A DNA stretch of 64,000 nucleotides from Vulcanimicrobiota bacterium (lineage in GTDB: Bacteria > Vulcanimicrobiota > Vulcanimicrobiia > Vulcanimicrobiales > Vulcanimicrobiaceae), in the NCBI GenBank assembly GCA_963722595.1, contig CAVRNN010000006.1, forward strand, positions 52,757 to 116,756, written 5' to 3'. Every line of letters begins with the position of its first letter. Position 1 is the first letter of the stretch. The notes under the pieces were generated by a model. The model did not search any database. It was not told where the DNA came from and saw nothing but the letters and a program-made list of their open reading frames with translations. Shown here one piece after another: positions 1 to 9,762 of this stretch. Both the position numbers and the translations under genes were made by a program.

Positions 1-234
1 ACGGCGGCCGTCCTCGACTACGACGTGCCCGGCATCGCGGAGGCGATTCGCGCCGCCTCGCTGGCGCACACGCCGACGGCGATGCTCTCACGCGCGCTGG
101 CCGGCGTTCGGGATCGCACCCTCGTCATCAATCTCCCCGGAAGCCCGAACGCCGTCGCCGAGACCCTCGACGTCGTGCTGCCGGTGCTCCCTCACGCGCT
201 CGAACTCTTGGCCGACCGGTCACCGGACGCATGA
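1..234 (+). CDS. mogA: MogA/MoaB-family molybdenum cofactor biosynthesis protein, C-terminal part (5' end upstream of window)
   Basis: Frame 1 is open from base 1. 'TPTAMLSRALAGVRDRTLVINLPGSPNAV...LPHALELL' matches the conserved C-terminal MogA/MoaB motif. Its stop overlaps the folC ATG (ATGA). Confidence 0.7.
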   Translation, partial: TAAVLDYDVPGIAEAIRAASLAHTPTAMLSRALAGVRDRTLVINLPGSPNAVAETLDVVLPVLPHALELLADRSPDA

Positions 235-1553
235 GGCGAGTCGCGAGCTACGCCGAGGCGGAAGCCTATCTGCTCGGAACGATCGACGAAACGACTTCTC
301 GCCACACGTCGTACAAGCTCGACAGAATGCGCGCGCTCCTTCGCGAGCTCGGCGATCCACACCGCGCATATCCCACGATCCACGTGGGCGGGACGAGCGG
401 CAAAGGCTCGACGGCAACCATGATCGCCGGAGCGCTCCAAGCGGCCGGCAGACGAACCGGGCTTCACACAAAGCCTCATTTGAATGCGATGACCGAGCGC
501 GCCCGCGTCGACGGCGTTCCGATACCACGGGAGCGTTTCGCCGCGCTGCTCGACGAGATGCTGCTTGCCATCGCGCGCGTCTCCGCGCAGCATGGCCGGC
601 CCACGTATTACGAGACGCTGTTGGCGCTGACGTTCAAGTACTTCGCGGACGAGACAGTGGACGTGGCGGTGATCGAGGTGGGGCTTGGCGGGCGATTCGA
701 CGGCACCAACGTGATCCTGCCGGTCGTCGCCGCGATCACGTCGGTCGGCTACGATCATACCGACGTGCTTGGAAGCACGATCGAGGAGATCGCGCTCCAG
801 AAGGCGGGCATCGCAAAGCCCGGCGTGCCGCTCGTCGTTGCTCCGGTGCCAGCGCACGCGCGAGCGGTGATCGAACGCTATGCGGCCGAGATCGGTGCGC
901 GGATCGTGCGCGTTGCGGACGTCGTGCGCATCGAGCGAGCGGCCGAGGACCACGGCGGACAGATGCTCTCGATGGTCACGCCGCGCGGTTCGTACGGGCT
1001 GCGCCTGGCGGTCGCCGGAGCGTTTCAACGTACGAATGTCGCGACGGCGATCGCCGTGCTCGAGCAGCTCGCCGACGCGCTGCGTCCGAGCCCCGACGAA
1101 ATCGTGCGCGCTTTGGGGGACGTCGCCATTCCGGGCAGGATGGAGCTCGTCCGGGCGAACCCGACCGTCGTCTTCGACATCGCGCACAACGTGGAGAAGG
1201 CCGAGGCCCTCGTCGCCTCGCTGCGCGAGTCTTTTCCGAATCGGCGGATCCACTACGTAGTCGCGATCGGCGAGAGCAAGGACGCGCGCAGAATCATCGA
1301 GATCCTCGCAACCGTCACCGCCACGTTCACGTTCACGTCGTTCGTCGCGAGCGGTCGCAAGGCGATTCGCCCGCAGCGCCTAGCGACGATCGCGCAATCG
1401 CTGGGCGGATGGGGGCGCGCGATAACGGATCCTTCGGAGGCGCTGACGGTCGCGCGCCGGATGGCAGCGGTAGACGACGTGGTCGTCGTGACGGGATCGA
1501 CGTTCGTCGTCGCGGGACTACGCGAATGGTACGTGCCGACCGCGGTTCGCTAG
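231..1553 (+). CDS. folC: dihydrofolate synthase / folylpolyglutamate synthase
   Basis: 440 aa with a Mur-ligase P-loop 'HVGGTSGKGST', 'GYDHTD' and 'HNVEKAEAL'. Sits at the head of a fol gene run. Confidence 0.9.
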   Translation: MRRVASYAEAEAYLLGTIDETTSRHTSYKLDRMRALLRELGDPHRAYPTIHVGGTSGKGSTATMIAGALQAAGRRTGLHTKPHLNAMTERARVDGVPIPRERFAALLDEMLLAIARVSAQHGRPTYYETLLALTFKYFADETVDVAVIEVGLGGRFDGTNVILPVVAAITSVGYDHTDVLGSTIEEIALQKAGIAKPGVPLVVAPVPAHARAVIERYAAEIGARIVRVADVVRIERAAEDHGGQMLSMVTPRGSYGLRLAVAGAFQRTNVATAIAVLEQLADALRPSPDEIVRALGDVAIPGRMELVRANPTVVFDIAHNVEKAEALVASLRESFPNRRIHYVVAIGESKDARRIIEILATVTATFTFTSFVASGRKAIRPQRLATIAQSLGGWGRAITDPSEALTVARRMAAVDDVVVVTGSTFVVAGLREWYVPTAVR

Positions 1554-2377
1554 AGCTTCGCGGTCGGTTATTCCGCTGGGGCCGGCGGACCTACGTCATG
1601 GCGATCGTCAACGTCACGCCGGACTCATTCTCGGGCGACGGCATCGAAGAGCCGGTCGCCGCGACGAACTACGCGGCCGCGCGGTGGGCTGACGGCGCCG
1701 ACTTTCTCGATGTCGGCGGCGAATCGACGAGGCCAGGCCATCGACCCGTCGAGGACGCCGTAGAGACCGCGCGCGTCGTGCCCGTGATCGCCGCGCTGCG
1801 GAAGCGTTTTTTGGACGTGCCGATCTCGGTCGACACCTACAAGCCTGCGGTGGCTCGCGCGGCGCGTGCGGCGGGAGCGGACATCGTTAACTCGGTCTGG
1901 GGAGCCTCCGAAGCGCTGCTGGATGTCGCCGCCGAGCTCGGAATGCCGCTCGTCGCGATGCACAACCAAACGGGGACGCAATACGACGGTGATGTCGTGG
2001 ACGCGGTGTTGCGATACCTCGACGAGTGTGCCTGCCGAGCCGTCGCGCGCGGGATCGCGCGCGAAGCAATCATTTTGGATCCGGGCATCGGCTTCGGCAA
2101 GACCGCCGATCAGAACGTCGCGGTGCTGCGCGGCCTGGACCGGCTCGTGGGATTGGGATTCCCCACAATGCTCGGCGCGTCGCGTAAGTCGACGATCGGC
2201 AAGCTCACGGGGCGCGACGCCGGCGATCGCGTGTATGGAACGATCGCAGCCGCCGCGCTCGCGATCAGAGCGGGCGTCGATATCGTCCGCGTTCACGACG
2301 TCGCGGCAGTTCGCGACGCGGTCGCCGTCGCAGACGCGGTGGTGCGGGATTGGAGGCCGGCGGGATGGATCGGATAA
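1526..2377 (+). CDS. folP: dihydropteroate synthase
   Basis: 'VMAIVNVTPDSFSGDG', 'DVGGESTRPG', 'DPGIGFGKT', 'VRVHDV'. The ORF track starts at 1409; ATG 1526 chosen because it leaves the usual ~20 aa before the VNVTPDSF motif. Start uncertain (ATG 1598 is the alternative). Confidence 0.85.
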   Translation: MVRADRGSLELRGRLFRWGRRTYVMAIVNVTPDSFSGDGIEEPVAATNYAAARWADGADFLDVGGESTRPGHRPVEDAVETARVVPVIAALRKRFLDVPISVDTYKPAVARAARAAGADIVNSVWGASEALLDVAAELGMPLVAMHNQTGTQYDGDVVDAVLRYLDECACRAVARGIAREAIILDPGIGFGKTADQNVAVLRGLDRLVGLGFPTMLGASRKSTIGKLTGRDAGDRVYGTIAAAALAIRAGVDIVRVHDVAAVRDAVAVADAVVRDWRPAGWIG

Positions 2378-2712
2378 GGCTGGACGGCATTCGGGCGTAT
2401 GGCAAGCACGGCGCTGACCGCGCCGAACGCGAGCGCGCTCAGCCGTTCGACATCGCAATTTTAGCCGAGCTCGACCTTACGGGCGCGGTCGCAAGCGACG
2501 ATTTGAGTCGCACGCTGGACTATGCCGCGTTGCACGCGCGAATCGTAGGAATCGTCGCCACAACGTCATACGCGCTGCTCGAGCGCCTCGCCGCGGATCT
2601 GCTCGACGCCGTGCTCGAGGACCCGCGCGTCGCGCGAGCGCAGGTCACGATCGCGAAGCCCCGCATCCTCGACGGCGCGACGCCTTCCGTGACGTTGAGC
2701 CGATCGCGCTGA
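2365..2712 (+). CDS. folB: dihydroneopterin aldolase
   Basis: 'IRLDGIRAYGKHGADRAERERAQPFDIAI...LDYAALH' is the FolB pattern. The internal Met at 2365 is preferred over 2350; it overlaps the folP end. Confidence 0.8.
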   Translation: MDRIRLDGIRAYGKHGADRAERERAQPFDIAILAELDLTGAVASDDLSRTLDYAALHARIVGIVATTSYALLERLAADLLDAVLEDPRVARAQVTIAKPRILDGATPSVTLSRSR

Positions 2713-3605
2713 TGGAGCACCGAGCATATATCGGAATCGGCACCAACGTGGGAAATCGCGTCGCGAACGTCGAGCACGCTCTCGCAGCGATGGCCGATAT
2801 GGGAACGCTGGTTGCAACGTCGTCGATCTATCGCACCGAGCCGTGGGGCAAGCCGGATCAGCCGTGGTTCGCCAACGCGGTCGCTCTCCTGCGTACGTCG
2901 CTTTCGCCTCGCGATCTTCTCGGCGCACTCCAGGCCGCGGAGCAGCGGCTCGGGCGCACGCGCGCCGAGCGCTGGGGCCCCCGCGTCATCGACCTCGATC
3001 TGCTGCTCTACGACGAGCTCGAGATTGACGAAGCCGATCTACGCGTGCCGCACCCACGGCTTCGTGAGCGCGCCTTTGTTTTGGTCCCATTGGCGCAGAT
3101 CGATGCCCGTTTTGTCGCGACGCGTGACGCGTTGCCGGAGAGCGAAGCCAGGTCCGTTTCACCTTTGGGCGAAAGCGATTCGGCGATGCCCGTTCGAGAA
3201 ACCCATTCCCTCGCCGAGCGAGTGCGCGCCCTCGCGCGCTTCCTCGCCGACGGCGACGCCGTGCGCGTTCGAATCGCGCGCCAAGATGACGAAATAGAGG
3301 TCGCTCGCCGAGCTCCCGAATCGCGCTCATCGCGGCTCGCCACGGATCGAGCTCAGGCCGAAACTGTGGCGCCGCGGATCGACACCATCAAAGCGGACCT
3401 CGTAGGAATTTTTCACGCGAGCCGTCCAGCCCCGACGGAGGGCGAGCTCTTCGAAGGTGATCGAGAGCTCGGATACATCGAGGCACTCGGCATCCGCACG
3501 CCCGTCCACAGCATGGGTGCAGGCAGACTCGTATCGATCTCGGCCGTCGATGGCAGACCGGTCGAATACGGACAGCCGCTCTTCTCGGTCGCGCGAGCGA
3601 AATAG
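2712..3605 (+). CDS. folK: HPPK (FolK) fused in frame to a BCCP-like (AccB-like) module lacking the biotinyl-lysine
   Basis: The N-terminal ~135 aa are HPPK ('IYRTEPWG', 'RVIDLDLLLY', 'PHPRLRERAFVLVPL'). From Met at 3186 the layout is AccB-like and ends 'GRPVEYGQPLFSV'. The EAMKM position reads 'IEALGI' (3480-3494). There is no stop between the two modules. Confidence 0.8.
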   Translation: MEHRAYIGIGTNVGNRVANVEHALAAMADMGTLVATSSIYRTEPWGKPDQPWFANAVALLRTSLSPRDLLGALQAAEQRLGRTRAERWGPRVIDLDLLLYDELEIDEADLRVPHPRLRERAFVLVPLAQIDARFVATRDALPESEARSVSPLGESDSAMPVRETHSLAERVRALARFLADGDAVRVRIARQDDEIEVARRAPESRSSRLATDRAQAETVAPRIDTIKADLVGIFHASRPAPTEGELFEGDRELGYIEALGIRTPVHSMGAGRLVSISAVDGRPVEYGQPLFSVARAK

Positions 3606-3621
3606 CTCGGGACCTTCGAGC

Positions 3622-4965
3622 ATGTTTAGTAAGGTCTTGATCGCCAATCGCGGCGAGATCGCGTTGCGCATCAACCGCGCGTGTCAAGAGCTCGGTGTCG
3701 CCACCGTGGCGATCTTCTCGGAGGCGGATCGCGATTCGCTGCACGTCCGACAGGCGGACGAGGCGTTCTGCGTGGGGCCTGGGCCGGCGGGCCGCTCCTA
3801 TCTCAACATTCCGAACATCATCTCGACGGCGCTCATCACGCGTTGCGATGCGATTCACCCTGGCTACGGATTCCTCGCCGAAAACGCGCGCTTCGCCGAG
3901 ATCTGTAGCGATCACGGCCTCACTTTCATCGGTCCAAAGCCCAGCGTCATCGCCCTAATGGGCGACAAGGCGAGTGCGAAACGGATGGTGAGTGAGGCGG
4001 GCGTCGCGACAATACCGGGAAGCGACGTGCTTGCCTCGCCGGAAGAGGCGCAGGCGGCGGCGGCCTCGATCGGCTACCCGGTGCTGCTCAAGGCAACGGC
4101 CGGAGGCGGCGGTCGCGGCATGCGCATCGTGCGCGATGCCGCTGAAATGCGGCGCGCCTACGCGGGCGCGACGGCCGAGGCCGAGGCCAGTTTCAAAGAC
4201 GGTCGCGTGTACATCGAGAAGCTGATCGCCGCGCCGAGGCACATCGAAGTGCAAGTGCTCGGCGACGAATTCGGCAACCTCGTTCATCTCGGCGAGCGCG
4301 ACTGCTCTGTGCAGAAGCCGTCGCATCAGAAGGTCATCGAGGAGACGCCTGCCCCGAATCTGCCCGCCCGCGCGAGAACCGCCCTTCACGACATGGCGTT
4401 GCGTGCCTCGCGGTACGTGAAATATACCAACGCCGGGACGCTCGAATTTCTGGTGGCCGGCGACGACGTCTATTTCATGGAGATGAACACACGAATTCAG
4501 GTCGAGCACCCGGTCACGGAGATGGTGTACAACATCGACCTCGTCAAGGAGCAGATCCGCATTGCCGCGGGCGAGGCGCTGGGCTACGTGCAGGGCGACC
4601 TGGCCGCGCGCGGGCATGCCATCGAGTGCCGCATCAACGCAGAGGACCCGCAGAACCACTTCGCTCCCGCCGCAGGTGTGGTCTCGAAGATCGTGTTTCC
4701 CGGCGGTCCCGGCATTCGCGTCGACACGCACCTCTACGCGGGCGCGGCAATACCGCCGTACTACGATTCGATGATTGCCAAAGTCGTCGCTTTCGGCGAC
4801 ACACGCGAAGTCGCGATCGCCCGGATGGAGCGCGCGCTGCGCGAGACGCTGATCGAAGGCGTGAGCACGACGATCGATCTTTGCCTCGAGGTTTTGTCGA
4901 CGGACGCGTTCCGGGACGGGCGCTACGACATTGAACTCTTGCTGCGGGAGCCCGCGCCTCGATGA
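3622..4965 (+). CDS. accC: biotin carboxylase (acetyl-CoA carboxylase subunit)
   Basis: 'MFSKVLIANRGEIALRI', 'GYPVLLKATAGGGGRGMR', 'EMNTRIQVEHPVTE'. The ORF track starts at 3457; ATG 3622 gives the canonical N-terminus. Confidence 0.93.
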   Translation: MFSKVLIANRGEIALRINRACQELGVATVAIFSEADRDSLHVRQADEAFCVGPGPAGRSYLNIPNIISTALITRCDAIHPGYGFLAENARFAEICSDHGLTFIGPKPSVIALMGDKASAKRMVSEAGVATIPGSDVLASPEEAQAAAASIGYPVLLKATAGGGGRGMRIVRDAAEMRRAYAGATAEAEASFKDGRVYIEKLIAAPRHIEVQVLGDEFGNLVHLGERDCSVQKPSHQKVIEETPAPNLPARARTALHDMALRASRYVKYTNAGTLEFLVAGDDVYFMEMNTRIQVEHPVTEMVYNIDLVKEQIRIAAGEALGYVQGDLAARGHAIECRINAEDPQNHFAPAAGVVSKIVFPGGPGIRVDTHLYAGAAIPPYYDSMIAKVVAFGDTREVAIARMERALRETLIEGVSTTIDLCLEVLSTDAFRDGRYDIELLLREPAPR

Positions 4966-5366
4966 CGCCGCGCCGCGCCGCCCGCGAGCAGGCGCTTAAG
5001 GTGCTCTACTCCGTCGTCGTCGGTGATTGCCCGCCCGCCGACGCGCTGCGCGACGTCGTCGGCGACAACGCCGACGGCGGACAACGAGCGTTCGTCGAGG
5101 AACTGGCGCTAGGCACGCTCGAATATGCCCCCAAAGCGGATCGCATCGTTAGCCCGCTCTTGGAAGGCTGGGCAATCGAACGCCTGCCGACGATCGACCG
5201 GCTGCTCTTAGAGATGGCTACATACGAACTGCGCTGCCGCCCCGAAACGCCGACCGCGGTTGCGATCAATGAGGCGGTCGCCCTTGCCAAACGCTTCTCC
5301 ACCGAAGACTCGGGACGCTTCGTCAACGGCGTCCTGAGCGCGGTTGCCGGTGCCAAAGAGGCGTAG
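4962..5366 (+). CDS. nusB: transcription antitermination factor NusB
   Basis: 134 aa; 'AREQALKVLY', 'INEAVALAKRFSTEDSGRFVNGVL'. ATGA overlap with the accC stop. Confidence 0.88.
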   Translation: MTPRRAAREQALKVLYSVVVGDCPPADALRDVVGDNADGGQRAFVEELALGTLEYAPKADRIVSPLLEGWAIERLPTIDRLLLEMATYELRCRPETPTAVAINEAVALAKRFSTEDSGRFVNGVLSAVAGAKEA

Positions 5367-7458
5367 AAACCCGCGCGCGAGCCGCGCGTGGGCCGGGCTC
5401 GGCGTAACCGCCCTGCTCCTCGTGTTGTTCGCGATCGGCGCGGTCGCGGGTATGGTGGCGGCATACGCGCGCAACCTCCCGGACATCAGCCGCATGGCGG
5501 ATTACCAACCCGCCAGTACGACGCGCATTTACGCGCGCGACGGAACATTGCTTGCATCGGTCTATAAGGAGAACCGCGTCTGGGTTCCAATCGCGCGCAT
5601 CCCGACCGTCGTGCGTGACGCGTTCATCGCTAACGAAGATCACAACTTCTATTTTCATCACGGCGTCGACTTCGGCGGCATCGTCCGGGCGACGTTTGCC
5701 GACCTCACGCATCAGCAGCTGCAGGGTGCGTCCACGATCACGCAGCAGCTGGCGCGCCGGCTCTTCCTCACCGATCAGGTCTCCATCGCTCGCAAGGTGC
5801 AGGAGGCGCTGCTGGCGATCGAGATCGAGCGCTACTACACAAAGGACGAGATCCTCGAGCGCTATCTTAACATCATCTATCTCGGCGGGGGCGCGTACGG
5901 CGTCGACGCGGCCGCGCATACCTACTTCGGGCGTAGCGTGGACAAGCTGACGCTCGCGCAAGCCGCCATGCTGGCAGGCGTCGTCGCGGCGCCTTCGGTA
6001 TACTCGCCGTTTTCAAATCTCGCGCTCGCGACCGACCGCGAGCGCCACGTGCTCGATCGCATGGTCGAGAGCGGCTATATTACAGCCGCGCAAGCGGATG
6101 CGGCGTACGCGGCGCCGCTCGGGCTGATTGCGGAGCGGCCGCCGGGCTTGCAGGGCTACCACTATCCGTACTTCACGACATACGCGATCGCGCAGCTGGA
6201 ACGGCTCTTCGGAAAGAGCGCGGTCGAAGAGGGCGGCCTGACCGTCTATTCGACGGTCGATCCGCGGATACAGCAGATCGGTCAGGAAGCGGTGACCTGG
6301 GGCGTGCAGCAGGCGATCGCCGAAGGCATCGGCGCGCACGAGGCGGCGCTCGTTGCGCTTCGGCCGTCCACGGGGGAGATCGTGGCGATGATCGGCGGCA
6401 CGGGATTCTCGCTGCGCAATCAATTCAATCGAGCCTGGCAGGCACACCGGCAGCCCGGCTCTTCGTTCAAGATCTACGACTACACCGCCGCCATCGACTC
6501 CGGCATGCCCGCTTCGACGATCATCGACGATTCGCCCGTCAGTTATCCGATGGGCGACGGCACGCAGTGGTCCCCCATGGATGACGACAACAGTTACATG
6601 GGCGCGATCACGCTGCGCGAGGCGCTGGTCATGTCGCGCAACATCGTTGCCGTGAAGCTCGCCGAACGCGTCGGCTTGGATCGCGTGATCGACTACGCTC
6701 ATCGCATGGGCGTCACGTCGCCCTTGGAGGCCAATCTTTCGCTCGCGCTGGGTTCGTCAGGCCTCACGGTCCTCGATCAGGCCAGCGGCTATTCGACGCT
6801 CGCGAATCAGGGGCTGCACGTCGATCCGACCCCGTTTCGGCTCGTCAAGGACTCGCTCGGAACGATCGTTCTCGACGACCGCTTCCCGCAAGCCAACGAC
6901 GTCGTCAGCGCCGGAACGGCGTACATCATGACCTCGATCTTCGAAGACGTTATCAAGCGCGGTACGGGTTATCCGAACGCGATCATCGGTCGCCCGGCCG
7001 CGGGAAAGACCGGAACGACGTCGGACTTCCGCGACGCCTGGTTCGTCGGGTACACGCCCGATCTCGTCGCCGCGGTCTGGCTAGGGAACGACGACTACAC
7101 GCCGATGAACGAATCATACGGCGGCAACGTCCCGGCTCGGATTTGGGCGCGCTTCATGAAGGCCGCGCTCGGCGGGACGCCGCCGCACGAATTCCCGTTC
7201 CCGGCGGACGAGGTCGTCAAGGCCGGCGGGTGCGGGGGTACGGAGTATTATCTGAAGGGAACGGAGGCGTCGTGCGGCGGCTACGCCGAGGGTTACGACA
7301 CAGAGACCAGCGGCACGACGAACGCCTACGCGGCGCCGCAGATGCCGCAGCCGACGATGCCCCCGGAGAATGCGACGCCGCCGGACGAGCTGCCCACGCT
7401 CGCGCCGCCGCCGTCAGAGTCGCCGACGTTGCCGCCGTCACCGACACCAGTCCCTTGA
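5344..7458 (+). CDS. class A penicillin-binding protein (bifunctional transglycosylase/transpeptidase), Pro-rich C-terminal tail
   Basis: N-terminal TM helix. GT51 motifs 'EDHNFYFHHGVD' and 'GASTITQQLAR'. Transpeptidase motifs 'SSFK', 'SRN' and 'KTGTT'. Confidence 0.9.
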   Translation: MPVPKRRRNPRASRAWAGLGVTALLLVLFAIGAVAGMVAAYARNLPDISRMADYQPASTTRIYARDGTLLASVYKENRVWVPIARIPTVVRDAFIANEDHNFYFHHGVDFGGIVRATFADLTHQQLQGASTITQQLARRLFLTDQVSIARKVQEALLAIEIERYYTKDEILERYLNIIYLGGGAYGVDAAAHTYFGRSVDKLTLAQAAMLAGVVAAPSVYSPFSNLALATDRERHVLDRMVESGYITAAQADAAYAAPLGLIAERPPGLQGYHYPYFTTYAIAQLERLFGKSAVEEGGLTVYSTVDPRIQQIGQEAVTWGVQQAIAEGIGAHEAALVALRPSTGEIVAMIGGTGFSLRNQFNRAWQAHRQPGSSFKIYDYTAAIDSGMPASTIIDDSPVSYPMGDGTQWSPMDDDNSYMGAITLREALVMSRNIVAVKLAERVGLDRVIDYAHRMGVTSPLEANLSLALGSSGLTVLDQASGYSTLANQGLHVDPTPFRLVKDSLGTIVLDDRFPQANDVVSAGTAYIMTSIFEDVIKRGTGYPNAIIGRPAAGKTGTTSDFRDAWFVGYTPDLVAAVWLGNDDYTPMNESYGGNVPARIWARFMKAALGGTPPHEFPFPADEVVKAGGCGGTEYYLKGTEASCGGYAEGYDTETSGTTNAYAAPQMPQPTMPPENATPPDELPTLAPPPSESPTLPPSPTPVP

Positions 7459-7466
7459 AATCGGGA

Positions 7467-8750
7467 ATGACGCTCTTCGAGCCGGAGCCGCAGATGCTGC
7501 AGCTCACCGTCTCGCAGTTTTCGCTGCGCCTGCAGCAGTGGCTGGAGAAGCGCCCCGAGCTCGCACGCATCGCCATCGTCGGCGAAATATCTGGCTGGAA
7601 GCCGCAGCCGAGCGGCAACGTGTTCTTTAGCCTGAAGGACAGCCGCGCGATACTGAAATGCTTCGCGGGGTGGAAAGAGGTGAGGAAGTTTCCGCCGGTC
7701 CACGACGGCGTAGCGGTAGTGGCGACCGGCGCGGTCGGCATCTGGGAGAAGAGCAGCGAGTATCAACTGCGCGTCGTCGCCATCGCGCCGCTCGGCGTCG
7801 GTGCGATCGCCGCGCGAGTGGAGGCGTTGCGCAAGCGTCTCCAGGCCGACGGCCTCTTTGACGGCGATCGCAAGCGCCAGGTTTCGCGCTTTCCGCGCCG
7901 CGTCGCGCTGGTGTCCGCACGCGGGCAGGGCGCGGAAGACTTCGAGACGACACTGCGCGAGAAGTCGCCGCACGTCGCCGTAACGTTCATAGAGACGCGC
8001 GTCCAAGGCGACGGAGCCGAAATCGACATCGCCGAAGCGATCGATCGCGCATCCCGCTCGAAGGTCGACGCGATCGTCGTCGTTCGCGGCGGCGGATCGT
8101 ACGAGGACCGCTACCCGTTCAACACGGAGGCCGTCGTGCGTGCGATTATCCGAGCCCGCCACCCGGTCGTAACCGCGATCGGACACACCGGCGACCGTCA
8201 CCTCGCCGACGAGGTGGCCGACGCCGTTTTCAAGACGCCCACTGCGGCCGCGGAGTTCATCGCGGGATCGTGGTCCGAAGTGACGGCACGCCTGACGCAC
8301 CAGAAACGTCTGCTGTATAATGCCATCGACAAGAAAGTGGTTCGGCGCGCGCGCGACCGCGACGCCGCGGAGCAGCGCCTGCGTGCCGCCATCGATCGCC
8401 GCCTATCGCGATTGCGCGAGCGCCTGTTGCAGCTGCAGAATCGCATCGAACGGCGAAATCCGCGGCACCGCCTGGCCGAACGCAGAACGCGCCTCACGAC
8501 GACGCTACTACGGCTTGACGCGGCGCGCGATCGCATCGTTTCCGCGCGAAGCAATACGTTGACGCTCGCGCGCAGCCGTCTCCTCTCGTCGAATCCGGAA
8601 GGCCCTCTGGAGCGCGGATACGCAATCGTTACGCATGCCGGACGCACTCTCCGAAACGCGACGGAAGTATCCGTTGGCGATACGATCGAAGCTCGGCTCT
8701 TTCACGGGAGGCTCTCCGCGAGCGTCGAACGGGTGGTCGAAGATGAGTGA
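7467..8750 (+). CDS. xseA: exodeoxyribonuclease VII large subunit
   Basis: 'LTVSQFSLRLQQWLE...IVGEISGWKPQPSGNVFFSLKD' and 'RGGGSYEDRYPFN'. The ORF track starts at 7143; ATG 7467 lies just after the PBP stop. Confidence 0.9.
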   Translation: MTLFEPEPQMLQLTVSQFSLRLQQWLEKRPELARIAIVGEISGWKPQPSGNVFFSLKDSRAILKCFAGWKEVRKFPPVHDGVAVVATGAVGIWEKSSEYQLRVVAIAPLGVGAIAARVEALRKRLQADGLFDGDRKRQVSRFPRRVALVSARGQGAEDFETTLREKSPHVAVTFIETRVQGDGAEIDIAEAIDRASRSKVDAIVVVRGGGSYEDRYPFNTEAVVRAIIRARHPVVTAIGHTGDRHLADEVADAVFKTPTAAAEFIAGSWSEVTARLTHQKRLLYNAIDKKVVRRARDRDAAEQRLRAAIDRRLSRLRERLLQLQNRIERRNPRHRLAERRTRLTTTLLRLDAARDRIVSARSNTLTLARSRLLSSNPEGPLERGYAIVTHAGRTLRNATEVSVGDTIEARLFHGRLSASVERVVEDE

Positions 8751-8961
8751 CGCGAGCTCCGATTTTGAAGCGAAACTCGAGCGCATTGAGGTGATCGTTA
8801 GAGAGTTGGAAGACGAAAATACGAAACTCGACAAGGCGATCGCATTGTTCAAGGAGGGCAAAGTCCTGGCGCGCGATTGCGAGACGCTCCTCAAGCGCGC
8901 GCAAGCACAAATCGACGAAGCGATGGCGGACTCCAAACCGGACGATCAGATACCGTTTTAG
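8743..8961 (+). CDS. xseB: exodeoxyribonuclease VII small subunit
   Basis: 72 aa; 'FEAKLERIEVIVRELEDENTKLDKAIALFKEG'. Overlaps the xseA end. Confidence 0.88.
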   Translation: MSDASSDFEAKLERIEVIVRELEDENTKLDKAIALFKEGKVLARDCETLLKRAQAQIDEAMADSKPDDQIPF

Positions 8962-8973
8962 CGGAGACGATCT

Positions 8974-9762
8974 ATGGTCTTGAAGGTCCGGCTCGACGCG
9001 GCGCTCGCCGAACGCAGCAAGATCACGCGCTCGCAGGCGCGCAGCCTGATCATGGAAGGCTGCGTCACCGTCGACGGGTTGGTCGCAACGAAGGCGGGCC
9101 AGAACGTCGCGCCGGACGCGGCGATCCTCGTGGCCCAGCCGCGGCGGTTCGTCAGCCGCGGGGGCGAGAAGCTCGAGCGAGCGCTGCATGAGTTCGGCAT
9201 CGACGTACGCGGGACGGAGGCGCTCGACGTCGGAGCCTCCACCGGCGGCTTCACCGACTGCCTGCTGCTACGCGGCGCGAAGAGCGTGACCGCGCTCGAC
9301 GTCGGCTACGGGCAGCTGGACTGGCGGTTGCGGAACGACCCGCGAGTGCGTGTAATGGAGCGCACGAATTTCCGTCGCCTCGCGAACGATGCGTTTCCCG
9401 GCGGCTTCGATTTGATTGTCATCGACGCGTCCTTCATCTCGTTGCGGACGATCCTGGCGCGAGCCCTCGGCTACCTTCGGGAGCGCGGCGCGATCGTCGC
9501 GCTAGTCAAGCCGCAGTTCGAGGCCGGCAGAAAGCGGGTCGGCTCGGGGGGCGTCGTGCGCGATCGTTCGACGCACGCCGCCGTGCTGAGCGAGCTGCGG
9601 GCTGCCGCGCTCGCGCTCGGCCTGCGGCCCGTCGCCCTGACCGCGTCGCCGCTGCTCGGGCCCGCCGGAAATCGCGAGTTCTTGATCGAGCTGCGCCGCG
9701 CAGGCACGCCATTTGACGACGCACGAATCGAGGGCGTGCTCGACGAAGAGGGTCCGAGATGA
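8974..9762 (+). CDS. tlyA: TlyA-family rRNA (cytidine-2'-O)-methyltransferase
   Basis: S4-like N-terminus ('RLDAALAERSKITRSQARSLI') followed by an FtsJ-type SAM site 'LDVGASTGGFTDCLL'. Confidence 0.88.
   Translation: MVLKVRLDAALAERSKITRSQARSLIMEGCVTVDGLVATKAGQNVAPDAAILVAQPRRFVSRGGEKLERALHEFGIDVRGTEALDVGASTGGFTDCLLLRGAKSVTALDVGYGQLDWRLRNDPRVRVMERTNFRRLANDAFPGGFDLIVIDASFISLRTILARALGYLRERGAIVALVKPQFEAGRKRVGSGGVVRDRSTHAAVLSELRAAALALGLRPVALTASPLLGPAGNREFLIELRRAGTPFDDARIEGVLDEEGPR

Noticed and set aside
192-1253. 353 aa ORF antisense to folC
   Set aside because: A shadow ORF typical of high-GC DNA. It is Arg/Asp/His-rich with no recognisable motifs and lies fully inside a gene with strong folC motifs on the other strand.
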